A DNA stretch of 64,000 bases from Diadema antillarum (GCF_040938485.1 NW_027271481.1:310001-374000), one strand, 5' to 3'. Shown: positions 22,896 through 36,298, counted from the first letter of the stretch. The notes: generated by a model from the letters alone, not told the origin. Numbers and translations: made by a program.

Positions 22896-23913
22896 CACAT
22901 GAGTGGTGGAAGTTGGGGGGGGGGGGGGGGAGGGGTAGGGAAGATTTACGGGTAGCATCAGAATCATTGATTTTTTTTTTTAATTGCCCCTCAAAACAAC
23001 AACAGTCAAGAATTCTTACGGTGAAGCCAGGAAAATGTTCTGCAAATAAAGAAGTATCAAATATTATTCACCTACTGTATTTTCATCGAACAGTTACTTT
23101 ATTTCCTTCGAACAGTTTATCAATCAGTCCAGACTGACTACTCTGAAAAGAGTTTGCTGCATGGCCAATTTATTTTCTCATGTGCATGGAATGAAATATC
23201 AAAAGACAGCGAAACATCAAGAAATCAATCTGGAATGTTCAGTTTTTTAGGTCTTTTCCTTCGGAAATGTCCCTAATTATAATGGATTTCCTATTCAACT
23301 CATTACCCTGCACGTTCTGTAGGAAGGATGTTGAAAAGCAGGGAGTCAGGAGTTACGTTCAGACGATGTACCTTAACTTAAAGGTTAGCTATAGTAAACT
23401 TCCAGGATAAGCTGTTGCTCCTTAAAGGGATGGTATGTTTTTGGTTGAGATGTTGATTCAGATTTTAATTTCTTTCTTTTTCTAGATAATAAGAAACCAC
23501 TAATCAAAAATACTAGAGAGAATACAATTCTAAGAGGAATTAAACGTTTATTGATGACAATCGGTTTTTGAAATGACCGAGATATAAAAAAGAGAGTAGG
23601 ACAGAGTACCCAAATAAAAGGTTGGGCCCACCCTTTTATTATGACCTCTTTCGTTTTGGATATCTCAGCCATTCATTTCAAATTCGATTTTCATAAAATA
23701 AACTTTGTATTCTTGTCAGAATTGTCTGCTCTTTAATATTTCATATAAATGGTGCCAAATTCTCTCGCAAAAAGTTAAACCCTGAATATCCATCTCAACC
23801 AACACCGTCTGAACGTAACTAATACCAACATTGAATGCCGAAGGTAAACCAAGCCATTTCAGAAATATCTCATTCATCTTCTGCCCTACAAATTTCAGCT
23901 TGACTGTTAAATG

Positions 23914-23945
<32 letters not shown>

Positions 23946-24702
23946 CTTGAAGGACGTTCGTGAGTACGGTACTTTAAAGACTTATAAGTACACTGTAGTA
24001 TTTTCATTATTTCATTATGTTCATATCATTTTGAGTTAAGATGAGATCTTTTTTTGATTACTACTGGAGCAAAATGATCGTCGTGATACACTTTAGAACA
24101 AAAGGCGAAACTCATTCCTTTAGGGTGCGGAACGCTAATGCCAAACCAGTTCTTTATTGAAATGTAACATGACATGAAATATAGCTCAACTTTAATAGCG
24201 AGATATTATATATCTTGTCATCAAAAGTCGTTGAAACTTTGACACACTATAACATGCTCCTCGTGCACACATAAATTATCTACATTATGTTGTAGGCCTA
24301 CACATTTGATTTGCAGTTTCAGCACGATGTAGGCTGTATATTATGATGTTAAGGTCATGTAGCATTCACATTTCAATAAAAGTAATGACTAAACGAATAA
24401 TTAGCTTAAATTGATGCATTTCTAACTCAAATCAGTATAATAAATACTAAAGTTGTATCTCCATATTTTCATATTAACGTAAACACATTCACAATCATAT
24501 TTGCCTTCGTGTAGTAAGTGCCCCCCCCCCATAAAAGTTCTTATTCTGACATTATTCGATCATACAATTATCTTCTTTTTTTTTCAAAATGTTCGACAAC
24601 AGCTATCTTTTCATGAGAACCCATCTCGTTTTGAAGGTACACGTAGTCTGATATGCAGTCATAATTAGTAAAGGCCCTACATTATTCCATATTGCATCAT
24701 TC

Positions 24703-26885
24703 CTTGGGAGGGAAGATTAGCAGAGTAAATAAACTTGAAGAATAATGCAATATGGAAGTATAGAAGTGTTATGAGAAACGGGTGATCCTCGTTCAATCCC
24801 ACACTGTGTATTTTATCTGTAAGAGGCAAATGTCTTCAGTTGACCTTTCTCATTTTCCAAGAAAGTTTTTTTTTAACATACTTTTACAATTCATGCTGTA
24901 CAAAAGCTACTTAGACTGTTCTTCAAAGGAAGTGAAATAGGCCTACAGGTTCTGTATGGTCCCCCTGTCTGTTTGATACCCATGAACAAGACTGAATGTA
25001 GGAATCTCTCAGCCTGTTTCTTTCAGTTCTGTTGCCATCTTGCCACTCTCTTAGATGATTGAGGTTTCATTGCAGTAACCTGAAATAGATATCATGGTGT
25101 ATAGCTTCTCGCAAAGCTCTTCACATTTCATGATCATGGTGTCCAAGAGTTCACGATGCACTGATGCTTCAAACAGGAGATCATGGGTAGCCTGCCCTAT
25201 CGTTAGTAATATGGACTGTACATTCGTTTGAAGTACTTCCCTGTGAATACGTGGCATATTGTTGAGGGAGAAAAGAAAACTGAAACCACTGTCCTCAAGA
25301 TACTTTGCGAACTTGCATGCACTGATGCAGAGCAAACATGGAGTTCACCAATTCGAAGAATCCAGTTCCCATTAAGAGTGCAATGTGGTTGCTCTCTCAT
25401 ACAAGTCAGGTTCAAGAGTAGCGACTGTTTTATGATGACGACCATGCCACTAACTGATATTCCTTTAGCACGATTTGAGACCGCCAAGAGGGCTGAATTG
25501 TTGTTGGTATTTGAAAACATCTGACCGCATGAAAGCTTCAAATCTCTCGTGTCTCACTGTTTCCATCAGAGTACCAACGCAGTTGAATCTCCCTATCAAT
25601 GGTTTACTCTGTAAAGTGTTGAGTGATCTTCAAGAGACTAACGTCCATTGGGACAAATCAGCGTGTAGAGATTACTCTGCAACGTCAAGAATATTGCAAG
25701 ATATACTTGCTTGCTTTTCTTCATTTTCTCGGGGCAACATCAGTTTTGACTAGCACCTTCAATCGTATATTAATGGCGTCTTTTGTACAAATAGTTAATG
25801 ACTGGAGCTCAATATATCATACTTATTAAATTTATGGCGGCCATTTTGAATTGTGAGATGACTGTCACTCTGCGTGACCTGGAAATTAAGGTCTAACTAC
25901 AAAAATTTTGGCATATTTGAAGCTCTGAACATGGGTATTCTCTCAAGTTACTTTTGTCTAAGGAGGTCATCAGTGGATACGTAAGCCAGCATTATTATGT
26001 CGTTTTTTTTTCTATGGTGGCCATCTTGAATTTCATGACGCTGGCCTAAGCTATCAACTGATCCACAATTTTGAGAAAAAAAAAGTTGAACTGGTGTTCT
26101 TGGACACCGCAAGCATGTGTATTCCCAAAAATGTGAAGCTTTTACAATGATTGAAACCAGAAATATGGGTAAAAATACATTTAACTATGGCGGCTATTTT
26201 GAAGTTCAAGATGGCGGCCCATCAAAACAACCCAAATATTAGAAAAAGATGTATCAGGATATCTGACACGACAAGCATGCTTTTTGCACCAAATTTGAAC
26301 CTTCTACGATACTCACATTATGAGATATGGGCCAGAATATAGTTTGCTAGGGCGGCCATTTTGAATTTCAAGATGGCAACCTATCAAGATGAGCCATGAT
26401 ATCAGAAAAAGAAGGATCAGAATATTTTACATGACAAGCATGCTTTTTGCACCAAATTTGAACATTCTACGATACTCACATGATGAGATATGGGCCAAAA
26501 TACAGTTTGCGATGGCGGTCATTTTGAATTTCCAGATGGCGGCCTATCAAAAGAAGCATAATAGAAAAAGATGAACCAGAATGTCTGACATCACAAACAC
26601 GCTTTTTTTAAAGCAAATTTGAATCTTCTACGTTGCTCACTTTATGAGATATGATGGGTCAAAATAGAGTTTGCTCTGGCGGCCATTTTGAAATTCAAAA
26701 TGTCGACTGAAGACGTGGTCGAAAAAATGGAATCAAAGTTGTTGGGTTGTTTTGTTTTGTTTTGTTTTTTTTTTTTGATTCAGCACCCCAAAATTGACAT
26801 TTCTTAAAAATCTATTTTGGCAAGAAAGTCTCAAAGTATTATATAGTAACCTCTACTATAATTAATTTTATTAAGTTATTTTTTT
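24703..26885. other. ~2.2-kb foreign insertion in the spacer (unique segment plus tandem repeat), possibly a rolling-circle element
   Basis: No counterpart in the other units. Unit sequence stops at ~24702 and resumes at ~26886. Confidence 0.4.
26130..26720. repeat. ~163-bp tandem repeat (about 4 copies) with a GGCGGCCATTTTGAA-TTCAAGATGGCGGCC palindromic core
   Basis: GCACCAAATTTG recurs at 26286 and 26449 and degenerately at ~26611. Related single motifs at ~25836 and ~26007. Confidence 0.8.
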
Positions 26886-27140
26886 TTTGCGTAGACATAG
26901 ACCATACTGTCAATATGTCGCTTGTTATAGCTAAGCCAAAGTCAATATTGTATTGCAAAAACGTAATACAACGAGTCACGCTTATCTGTCTTACCTGACT
27001 TCGACAAACCTTATTTGATGACGAAGTTCACTGTAGCGTGTGCGCATGTGTGTATGTGTGTGTGTCCGTTTGAATCCGACTTTTATGATTTTGCGATTTG
27101 GTGTAAAATTTTTACGATCAAGTCAAGTAAACAAAATCAA

Positions 27141-27974
27141 ACTAGAAAAGCACTCTGAGAGCGCAGACCTTCACCAAGCAGCTACTTTCCACCGATGATC
27201 TTGCTCTTTCCAAAGAGATTGTTTTCCTCTCCACCACTGGGGAAAAGCTCTTTGGGCGAGAGCAGTGATTTCCACCCATAGGTATATATGAAGAGTTTGT
27301 TTGCAAAAACCGATAAGTCCATTTTTGAAGATTTTGAAGTACGGTCTCTGTCATAAAGTACAAAATAATACCTTTTAAATGATATAGTGGTCACTACATA
27401 TAAAGGTACATTTTTGAAGTTATGGACAAAAGAAGCAAAAATTTTCTTATTATTCTCTTTATTTTTCTTGACCTTTAATCGCAAATATCTCCATTTGGCA
27501 AATATGGATTTATCGGTTTTTGCGAACAAACTCTTCATATACATGCTGAAAAAAAAAATCGCCCGATTTCCAAAATAGAAGCCTTTGTTACGTCATAAAC
27601 CAAAGACGCTTTGTCATAAACCCACAGCTGCGCGGCGCGCCTCACCCTAGCAGAAACGAATTAAGACGCTTAACTATCTTTGGCAGAAACTAGAGCACAC
27701 ACTTTAGTGCGCGTTTGAGAGCCTTAAAAATGCGCATCTTGAACTCCCAAGTTCATTGACCCTACCTGTCGAAAATATCAAAAGTCCTTCTTAAATTAAA
27801 AAAAAAAAATCTCGGATTACTACCAAAATATAAGCATTTGTTACTTATGTAATTCTCAACCTTTCCTGTAAGTCTCCATCTAAATCCGTTAACTACTTTT
27901 TGAGTTATTTTGCACACGGACAAACAAACAAACCAACGGTAACGAAAACATAACCTCCTCTCTTGGCGGAGGTA
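27141..27974 (-). mobile_element. 834-bp non-autonomous Helentron/Helitron-like element
   Basis: Minus strand starts TACCTCCGCCAAG and ends CTTGGTGAAGG + hairpin GCGCTCT-C-AGAGTGC + TTTTCTAGT. Inserted between T residues with no TSD relative to the empty site AATCAAATAATGAG at ~35059-35072. Confidence 0.7.
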
Positions 27975-29225
27975 ATAATGAGATTCAATTGGACTTCTCG
28001 ACACACGTGGGACGGGAGGTGGTCCTATACAGGAGTCTTGAGTGCAAATGAGTCTTCGTAGCGAAGTCGAAATTGTGGAGTGAACGATAGTCTTTCTCAA
28101 CTGGACCGTTAATTTGTGTTTGAATAGCACATGTGTCACCTTTTTTTTTTTTTTTTTTTGTTCTGCTACTTGCTGCTCGGAAAAAAGTGTTATATTGTAG
28201 GTGTAAGTGTTGTTTTCTACTCGAATCCAAGACTCTTTTACGCCATAATCTTTCGTTATTCGAAAGTGGGGCGACTTTTATTTCACGCGTTACAGTTCAC
28301 CGTTATTCTTCGTTAGTCCGAAATGTGTTTAACCCAAAAACGAAATAAGGTTCCTTATTCCGATGATTCGTTAATCAGAAAACGAAATAAGGTGAGTTAT
28401 TCCGAAGGTTGGTTATACTTTGTAGTCTGGGTACCAAAGCCAGATTTTGGGCCTAACCTTGCTTTACCGTCCGCCTAATGTTTTTGATGGTTTTACGCTT
28501 TTTTGAGGGGCATGGATATCTCAAAATCCTCAACTATCCTAAAGTTGCATCATCCAGATTCGGATTCAGCACCCTCGAAATAGGGTGAACTGTCAACTTT
28601 GCGTTCAATGTTTTACTATTTATAATTCAATATTTGCCTATGTGAAGTTCCGTTGTCACTTCTAGACTAGTCCAATCAATATCTCTCAGTGATTTTCGAG
28701 TCCCGTGTTTTTGGACTAGCATTCAATCATCAGTGATTCCATTTGTAAAAACATGATCGTGCTTCATTCCATAACTCCCAAAAATATCATAGAAAATTTT
28801 CCCTCGCATTTCTTCGAATTTGGGTCACCGTTTTAAGGAAAAGATTTTCAGCTTTGGATAATGTATTTAACCAAAAAATTGATTTTCCCGATCAATTTTC
28901 TGTGATGGGTAGTTGCATAGTTCATCCAGTCACTTATGCATTTCAATTTCTCTGAGGAAAGATATGGCCATTGTAAATCTTATTTGCCCATAGCTCATTT
29001 TCGCACAATATCATTTATACTAATGACATTTAGGTAAATCATTGAGCCTCATCTTTATTAAATTGTAAACAGGACTACTGTAATGTAGGGGCCTACTATT
29101 CCTTATCACGCTGACATCAATCGACTTCCAGTAGAGGGGTTTTGCTTGAATTTCACAATAGATGTAGGAGGGTATAGCCCACAGTCATATCATAACATGA
29201 TATAGGAGTGGAATATTTGCACACG

Positions 29226-30416
29226 TTAATGAGTGTTGACATTCTCTGTATTATCATATGACTTTTCCACAGTAGAAAAGAGATGTTCCCGGTTATCAGC
29301 TCGTTTACAATTGAAAACATTTCTAATGGCGGCTCGGAACCTTGGGTACTGGGATGCGTATATGAAAGGGTTGGCGCAAGAGTTGACACAAATCAGCACA
29401 GACACAGCGTTGTGAGGAGGACTACGTAGGTACGAGTGCAGTTTTCCCTGCAGGACATATACCAAGCCAGTTAGGTGAAAAGGAGCAAATGTCAGGATGT
29501 ACGTTAAGACGATGAGGAGGGTCAGCCTGGCCATACGATTGCGAGCTCGTATGTGAGTGGACGATACCGAGGAAGCCTGAGAAAGACTCTTGCGTGCGCG
29601 GCGTGATTGACGATGGAGTGACCATGCCGTTACCGACTGTGTTACGATCATGATGGTAACAGGGAAGAAAAACCTGATCATGAGTAAGTAGAACATGATT
29701 GTTTTACTGGACTTGGCTTCAAGTAGGAGCTTACAGGTATTGTTGACCACCGCCACATTAACCGAATAAAGACAAGATGTAAACGAGAGAACACATACCG
29801 CCGATATGTATGAATAAATTTTGCGAGTGGTGACGTAAGATCGGAAATGGAGTGGACTCACCACTGCAATCGTGCGTTCGATTGCTATTCCTACAAGAGT
29901 ATAAATGGACATGTGGACTGCGACCCACATTAAGTTACGCGAGTATACAAACTTACAGTAGAGCGAACCAACTGGATTACGCGGCACCCTGACAGCAAGA
30001 GGTAAAGGTAGGATAGAAATGGATGTCAGTAGATCAAAAACTGCCAGTGCTCCGATGAAGAAGTCGGTCGAATGTTTATTGACTCCTGCTTGCATCCGTA
30101 ACGCGAGGATAACGAGAAGGTTTCCTAGTATCCCAACGAAGGCACAGCTCATCTCCAGACCATTCACCCACGTCCACTCAAAGAACCATACCCACTGCAA
30201 TTGGTCGAGCTTTGTTGGATCACCAGATTGACTTGTCTCCTCACTTTCACTAGAGGCATTCAATGACAAATTGCTTCCGTGAATTCCTGGAGTTCCTGAA
30301 CGTTCTATGTCTATGGTTCGGTCCTCCGAGATGGCGGTTTTATCAAAAGATCCGTCAACTGGAGATGCTAGGTCTCCATGGACTATGATACCAATCGCTA
30401 CAACCAAAGACCACAT
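29226..30416 (-). CDS. Class A orphan GPCR, copy 4, 396 aa
   Basis: Full 7TM ORF with all family motifs intact; GCCATCATG start. Confidence 0.93.
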   Translation of the reverse strand: MWSLVVAIGIIVHGDLASPVDGSFDKTAISEDRTIDIERSGTPGIHGSNLSLNASSESEETSQSGDPTKLDQLQWVWFFEWTWVNGLEMSCAFVGILGNLLVILALRMQAGVNKHSTDFFIGALAVFDLLTSISILPLPLAVRVPRNPVGSLYCKFVYSRNLMWVAVHMSIYTLVGIAIERTIAVVSPLHFRSYVTTRKIYSYISAVCVLSFTSCLYSVNVAVVNNTCKLLLEAKSSKTIMFYLLMIRFFFPVTIMIVTQSVTAWSLHRQSRRARKSLSQASSVSSTHIRARNRMARLTLLIVLTYILTFAPFHLTGLVYVLQGKLHSYLRSPPHNAVSVLICVNSCANPFIYASQYPRFRAAIRNVFNCKRADNREHLFSTVEKSYDNTENVNTH

Positions 30417-30449
30417 GATGGCGAAGCGTGCGTCAGTCTCCGATATATC

Positions 30450-31016
30450 CTACAACAAGAAAGATAAACGATCGGACTCGAATTAAGTTTTGAAATGACG
30501 TATTTAGATATTCAGGCTGGCAATACCACAACGGAGATTAACCCTCACTTCTTAAATTCTATTATCGAAATTGCCGGAACATTCCAAAGAAGAGATGACA
30601 TGAAAAGGTTTTCTATTTCTGTAAAACACAAAATTCTTGAAATTTGAAGAATTCATATTTACTATCTCGAATTTTGCTGTTTGCATTTTTTTTTTTGTGC
30701 CAAGAACTCCACATAAACTACATTCTGATAACTAATATTGATGAAGTTTCAGTGGTGCATATCTCATTCACTGTTCAGTTACAGTGAAAAAACAACGACA
30801 TGAATCATGTTAATGAAAAAAAGGAACATTTAGTGCAGAGATCAAACAAGCCTACATTCATTGGTAAAACATTCACAAACCAGCAATGACTGGAACATGT
30901 GTGCTTTATCTGAGAACGAAAATCCCACATCATCAAAATAATTTTGTCTGTACTTCAAATAAACTCGCCCATCAGATACAAACGGAAAAGCTGTAACAGA
31001 AAATAAAGCAACTTAC
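30450..31016 (-). other. Predicted 5'UTR intron of copy 4
   Basis: Donor GAC|GTAAGT and acceptor TTTCTTGTTGTAG|G. The (GAA)n segment seen in other copies is deleted near 30900. Confidence 0.6.
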
Positions 31017-31236
31017 GTCAAAGGTATACACACTCTTCACAAGTCTGGATTACGGCGTAAACGATGCTGACAGTGTGTCGTAGTCTTATTGAATTGGACT
31101 TCTCCGAAGATGTCTATTTATACCCCATCTCGGACAGATAACATTGTTGAACCTATTTCTCATTACACGATTCGAAGTAAAAACTGAGCACGTCATTGTC
31201 GTAGTTCGAGTACAACCAATAGAAAAACACCTGAAA

Positions 31237-31283
31237 TACGCAGGCGCATTGGAACGAATTGCGCAATGACTATTCTGCGCAGA
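31237..31283. promoter_or_regulatory. Conserved GCGCA/C-EBP module, copy 4
   Basis: Contains the perfect palindrome ATTGCGCAAT at 31258-31267. Confidence 0.55.
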
Positions 31284-31440
31284 GATTGAATTGCCACGAA
31301 TCGGTGCATGATATCTACATTAGATCAGTGCTGGCTAAATTCAGATGGTATCCCCTCCTACATATAGTTGGTGTGGTGTGGAGGGGAAGGGTGTAACCAT
31401 AACGACCCTTGACCCAACCACGACAGGGGTTGCGCGACTG

Positions 31441-31578
31441 NNNNNNNNNNNNNNNNNNNNNNNNNNNNNNNNNNNNNNNNNNNNNNNNNNNNNNNNNNNN
31501 NNNNNNNNNNNNNNNNNNNNNNNNNNNNNNNNNNNNNNNNNNNNNNNNNNNNNNNNNNNNNNNNNNNNNNNNNNNNNN
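31441..31578. other. Assembly gap (N run)
   Basis: 138 N. Confidence 0.99.
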
Positions 31579-31694
31579 GAAATAGCGCAATAATGATGTC
31601 AAGAATCCTGCACCCATGAATTTCAATTTCGAAAGATTCCGTCCTTAGATTCTTCCCGGTTAAGGGGGGCGGGGGGGGGGGGGGTGGTTACCAT

Positions 31695-32040
31695 GTCATT
31701 TCATTTCATTTCTCACATGCATGTTCACATACATACATGTCTTTTTATTTTCATTTCCAATCAATATACACAGATAATACACTTCAAATGATTACATATC
31801 TTGGAACCTAATAATACATATTGGTTCTTAAAGAACTTGATGGAAATGAAAATTGAGGGGCTGCTAAAAAGCGAACTTGTATAGTGCAGTCCCCTCACGT
31901 ACGTTACATTACTGCAATACATTAATTATACATGGCTTTATAACACAATACTACGATACATGTACCGTACAAGCTAATCATTGAAAGTATACAGTTTTCA
32001 TTCAATCGAATCGGAGGGTAACATGAATCATACGCTTTCA
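31695..32040 (-). mobile_element. Short retroposon 3'-end insertion
   Basis: (CATTT)n at the left end is an (AAATG)n tail on minus; GAGGGGCTGC..GCAGTCCCCTC hairpin. Absent from the sister spacer (~49700). Confidence 0.5.
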
Positions 32041-33975
32041 CACATTGACCTTGACTCTTTCGTGGTCCATTCCCCTCCCCCCCCCCCAAGAAAAAACAAA
32101 AAACAAAAAAACGTTCCGCGGCCCCTGCACAAGAATCGCTTTTGATTTCTTTAACCCATATACCCCATCCCCGGGGTCCCCCTCTACACACACAAACACA
32201 TGTACACACTCTAAACATCGTTCTGCAACCCCTGTGATATAAGTCTGCAAATAAGTTATGCTGCAGATAAGATAAATTAAGTTACATAAGATCAGTCATT
32301 ATGACCGCAAATGTAAGTTACAAAAGTATTGGTAAACGTGATCGCACAGTCCTAGACCTCCTATAGTAATCTTCTCTTACAATCTTATTGGTAGGCGTTA
32401 TAGTCATCTATAAGTATCCGAGTTTCTAAGAATATCCGAATTCAATTGCAAAATCTCACGATTCCTTTATAAAAAAAAAGAGACGATGAGGAACAATTGA
32501 ATTAAAGCAATGACATTACATACAAACGAGACATATATTTGGATGGTTATGTTGACATTGTTGTCACATGAAAAATATTGTCTAGTTGATTGACACTCAA
32601 TTCCAAAAGAAACAACTCGACACAAGAACAGTTTTACATTGATTCCTTTCCTTGCTTTATTTCTTTCAAAATGTGTTAGATACCATTCGTAATTGTTTCA
32701 ATTTAACCGTATCCAGATAAAACAATTCTTAGTGCGTGTGTTAGTCCTGTTCTACACCATCGCTCCCAAAAAATTAAAGTAAAGTAAAAGACAGTGAATT
32801 AATAAGTATTTCCATAGTGACGGAAGGGGAGGGGAGGGGAGATTTACGGGTAACATCACAATCATTCATTTTTTATGTCCCAAACAACAACAGCAACTAA
32901 GAATGCGGTGAGACCAAGAAAATGCACTGCGAAAAAGAAGTAGCAGATATTCAGTTACTTTACTTTTATTGAACATTACAATTGCTTTATTTCCGTCAAA
33001 CGGTTTTATCGACCAGTTCATACTGAATACGATGAAAAGAGCTCGCTCCATATTCAATTTATTCCTCTCTTGTGCCTGGAATGAAACATCAGAAGACACC
33101 GAACCATCAAGAGATCAACCTGGAATCATCAGTATCTTAGGATTTTTCCTTTCGAAATGTCGCTAATAGATTTTCTATTCAATTCCTTACCCTGCTCTCC
33201 TCTAAAGAAAGGATACTGGAATCAAGGTAATAATACCATCATTAAATGCCGAAGATAAACCTTCTGTCACAACAACAACAACAACAAAAATCTCTATTAT
33301 CCTTTGACCAACGAATTATCGCTCGGCTGTTACAATGACAGTCACGCACACAGGCTTGAAATTACCCTGTAGAAATTCTGTCGCTGAATAAAGGATGCTT
33401 GTGAATCATGATTCTTCAGAGGACAGATGAGTAAAAGTTTTAATGCTTCATATTTTCGTTTCATTTTCTGTAAAGTGATTAATTTTTTTTCATTACCACT
33501 GGAGCAATGCACTTCCTGATACCGTTACGAACATTATAAGGCATATTTCCTTTTAGATGACAAAAATTAAAACAAAAAAAAATGTTGGTTTTAAGCTATA
33601 TTAGTGGTGCTGATTCCGAATATGGTTGCTGGAAGCTTATTATCCCTGAAGTCTTCAGATATCCAAAGTGGCCGTCAAATATCAGTCGATATTGTGAAAT
33701 AGGTATTTTTTCGTTATTAATTGTGAAAAAAAAAGATTCAATTACTTTTTTTATTAGGATCTATTTGGTTTTGGATATCTCAGCCATTTCAAATCCGATT
33801 TAAAAAAAAAAGTTTTATTCTTTTAAGAATTGTACGTTCCATAAACCAAAAACTATACTATCTGAACGTAACTAATACCAATTAATATTGAATGCCGAAG
33901 ATAAGCCAAGCCATTGTGGAAATATACCATTCATCTTCTGCCCAATAAATTCCTTGATTGTTACAGTCACACGGA

Positions 33976-34015
<40 letters not shown>

Positions 34016-36253
34016 GTTTAAATCACCCGTCAGAAATTCTGTCATTGGGTAAAGGGTGTTCGTGAGTACTGTACTTTAAACGACTTATATGTAGTACTTT
34101 TAATGCTTTATTATGTTCATATCATTTTTTAAGTTAAAGTGAGAGCTTTTCATTATCACTGGAACAAATGGTCGTCGTTAAAAGTTTTAGAACGAAAGGC
34201 GAAAATCATTCCTTAATAGGTAGATATAACGTATTGAAAGTAACATAATATGAAATAAAGCCCCACTATGATCGCCAGACATATGTTGTCATCAAAGTGT
34301 CATTGACACTGTAACATGTTTCTCTGGTAGTGACAGATAAATTGTTATCTACATTACATTGTACACATTTAATTTGCAGTTTCAGCACAATGTACGCTGT
34401 ATGTTATAATGATGTCAGATCTCGGAGCAGTCACATTTCAGTAAAAGAAGTGAATATATCAAGAATTACCTCAATTCAATGCATTTCTAACTCACGTTGG
34501 TATGGTAAATATGAGAGCTGTATCTCGACATTTTCTTATTAACGTAAGCATATTCACAAGCACATTTCCACTTGTGGTAGTGTCGCCCCCCCCCCCCCCC
34601 CCGGATCTGCGACTTCTTATTCGGACAATTTTTTTCCAGCATGTTCGACAACAGATATCTTTTCATAAAAACCTACTTAGTTTTGAAGGTACACGTAGTC
34701 TTATTTGCAGTCATAATGAAATTGATCGCTCGGATTCTGAATTTGAATGCCCGAATAATTTCGCGTGCGTCCGCTATGTAAATTTGAATGCGGATTAAAT
34801 GAATTTCACTGACAAAAGCATGAAATTGACCGGGGAAACCCAGTGCCGTATATAATATGTATACGGCACTGGGGAAACATATATAAGAAGTCACGTTTAT
34901 CCATCTTACCTGACTTCAACGAACCTTACAGTATTTGATAACGAAGTTCATTGTACGGTGTGCTTATGTGTGCATGTGTGTGTGTGTGCGTCCATTTTGA
35001 ATCCGACTTTTATGATTTTGCAACCTGGTGTAAAATTTTGACGATCAAGTCTAAACAAAATCAAATAATGAGATTCAACTGGACTTCGGGACACACGTGA
35101 GACGGGAGATGGTACTACAGGAGTCTTGCGTTGTATGAGTCTTCGTAGCGAAGTTGAAATTAGTCTTTCTCAATAGGGCCGCTAATTTGTGTTTGAATAG
35201 CACGTGTGTCACTTTTTTTTACTGTTACTTGCTGCTCGGAAAAAGTGTTATATTGTAGGTGTAGGTGTTGTTTTCTACTCGAATCCAAAACTCTTTTACG
35301 CCATAATCTTTCGTCATTCGAAAGCGGGCCGAGTTTCATTTCCCGCGTTACAGTTCACCATTATTCTTCGTTTGTCCGAAATGTGTTTAACCCGAAAACA
35401 AAAAAGGTTCCTTATCCCGACGATTCGATAATCAGAAAACGAAGTAAGGTGAGTGTATTCCGAAGGTTGGTTATACTTTGTAGTCTGGGTGCCAAAGCAA
35501 GATTTTTGGCCTAACCTTGCTTTACCGTCCGCCTAACGTTTTTGATGGTTTTACTCTATTTCGAGGGGCATGGCTATCTTTTTAAAAATCCTCAACGATC
35601 CAAAGTTGCATCACCCAGATACAAATTCAGCACCCTCGAAATAAGGTAAACTGTCAACTTTGCGTTCAATGTTTTACTATTCATAAGGCAATATTGACCT
35701 AATACGTGAAGTTCCGTTGTCACTTCTAGACTATTCCAATCAATATCTCTCAGTGATTTTCGAGTCCCGTGTTTTTGGATTAGCATTCAATCATCAGTGA
35801 TTCCATTTGTAAAAACATGATCCTGCTTCATCCCATAACTCCCAAAAATAACATAGACAAATTTCCCTCGGATTTCTTGAAATTTTGGTCTCCGTTTTGA
35901 GGAAAAGATTTTCAGCTTTATTATTTAACCAAAAATGGATGTTCCTCACCAACTTTCTGTGATGGGTAGTTTCATAGTTCATCCAGTCACTTATGCATTT
36001 TGATTTCTCTAAGACAAGCTACGGTCATTGCCAATGTTACTTGCCCATATAGCTTTAGTTTTGCATGATATTGTTTACACTCGATGTGTAGGTGTGACAT
36101 TAAGTCTTATTTCTATTTAATTCTAAACAGGACTAACGTAATACTACTCCCTATCACCCTGGTATTAATCGACTTCCAGTAGAGGGGTTTTGCTTTAATA
36201 AGAACCCCACAATAGATGTACGAGGGTATAGCCCAGACTCATATCGTAACATG

Positions 36254-36298
<45 letters not shown>

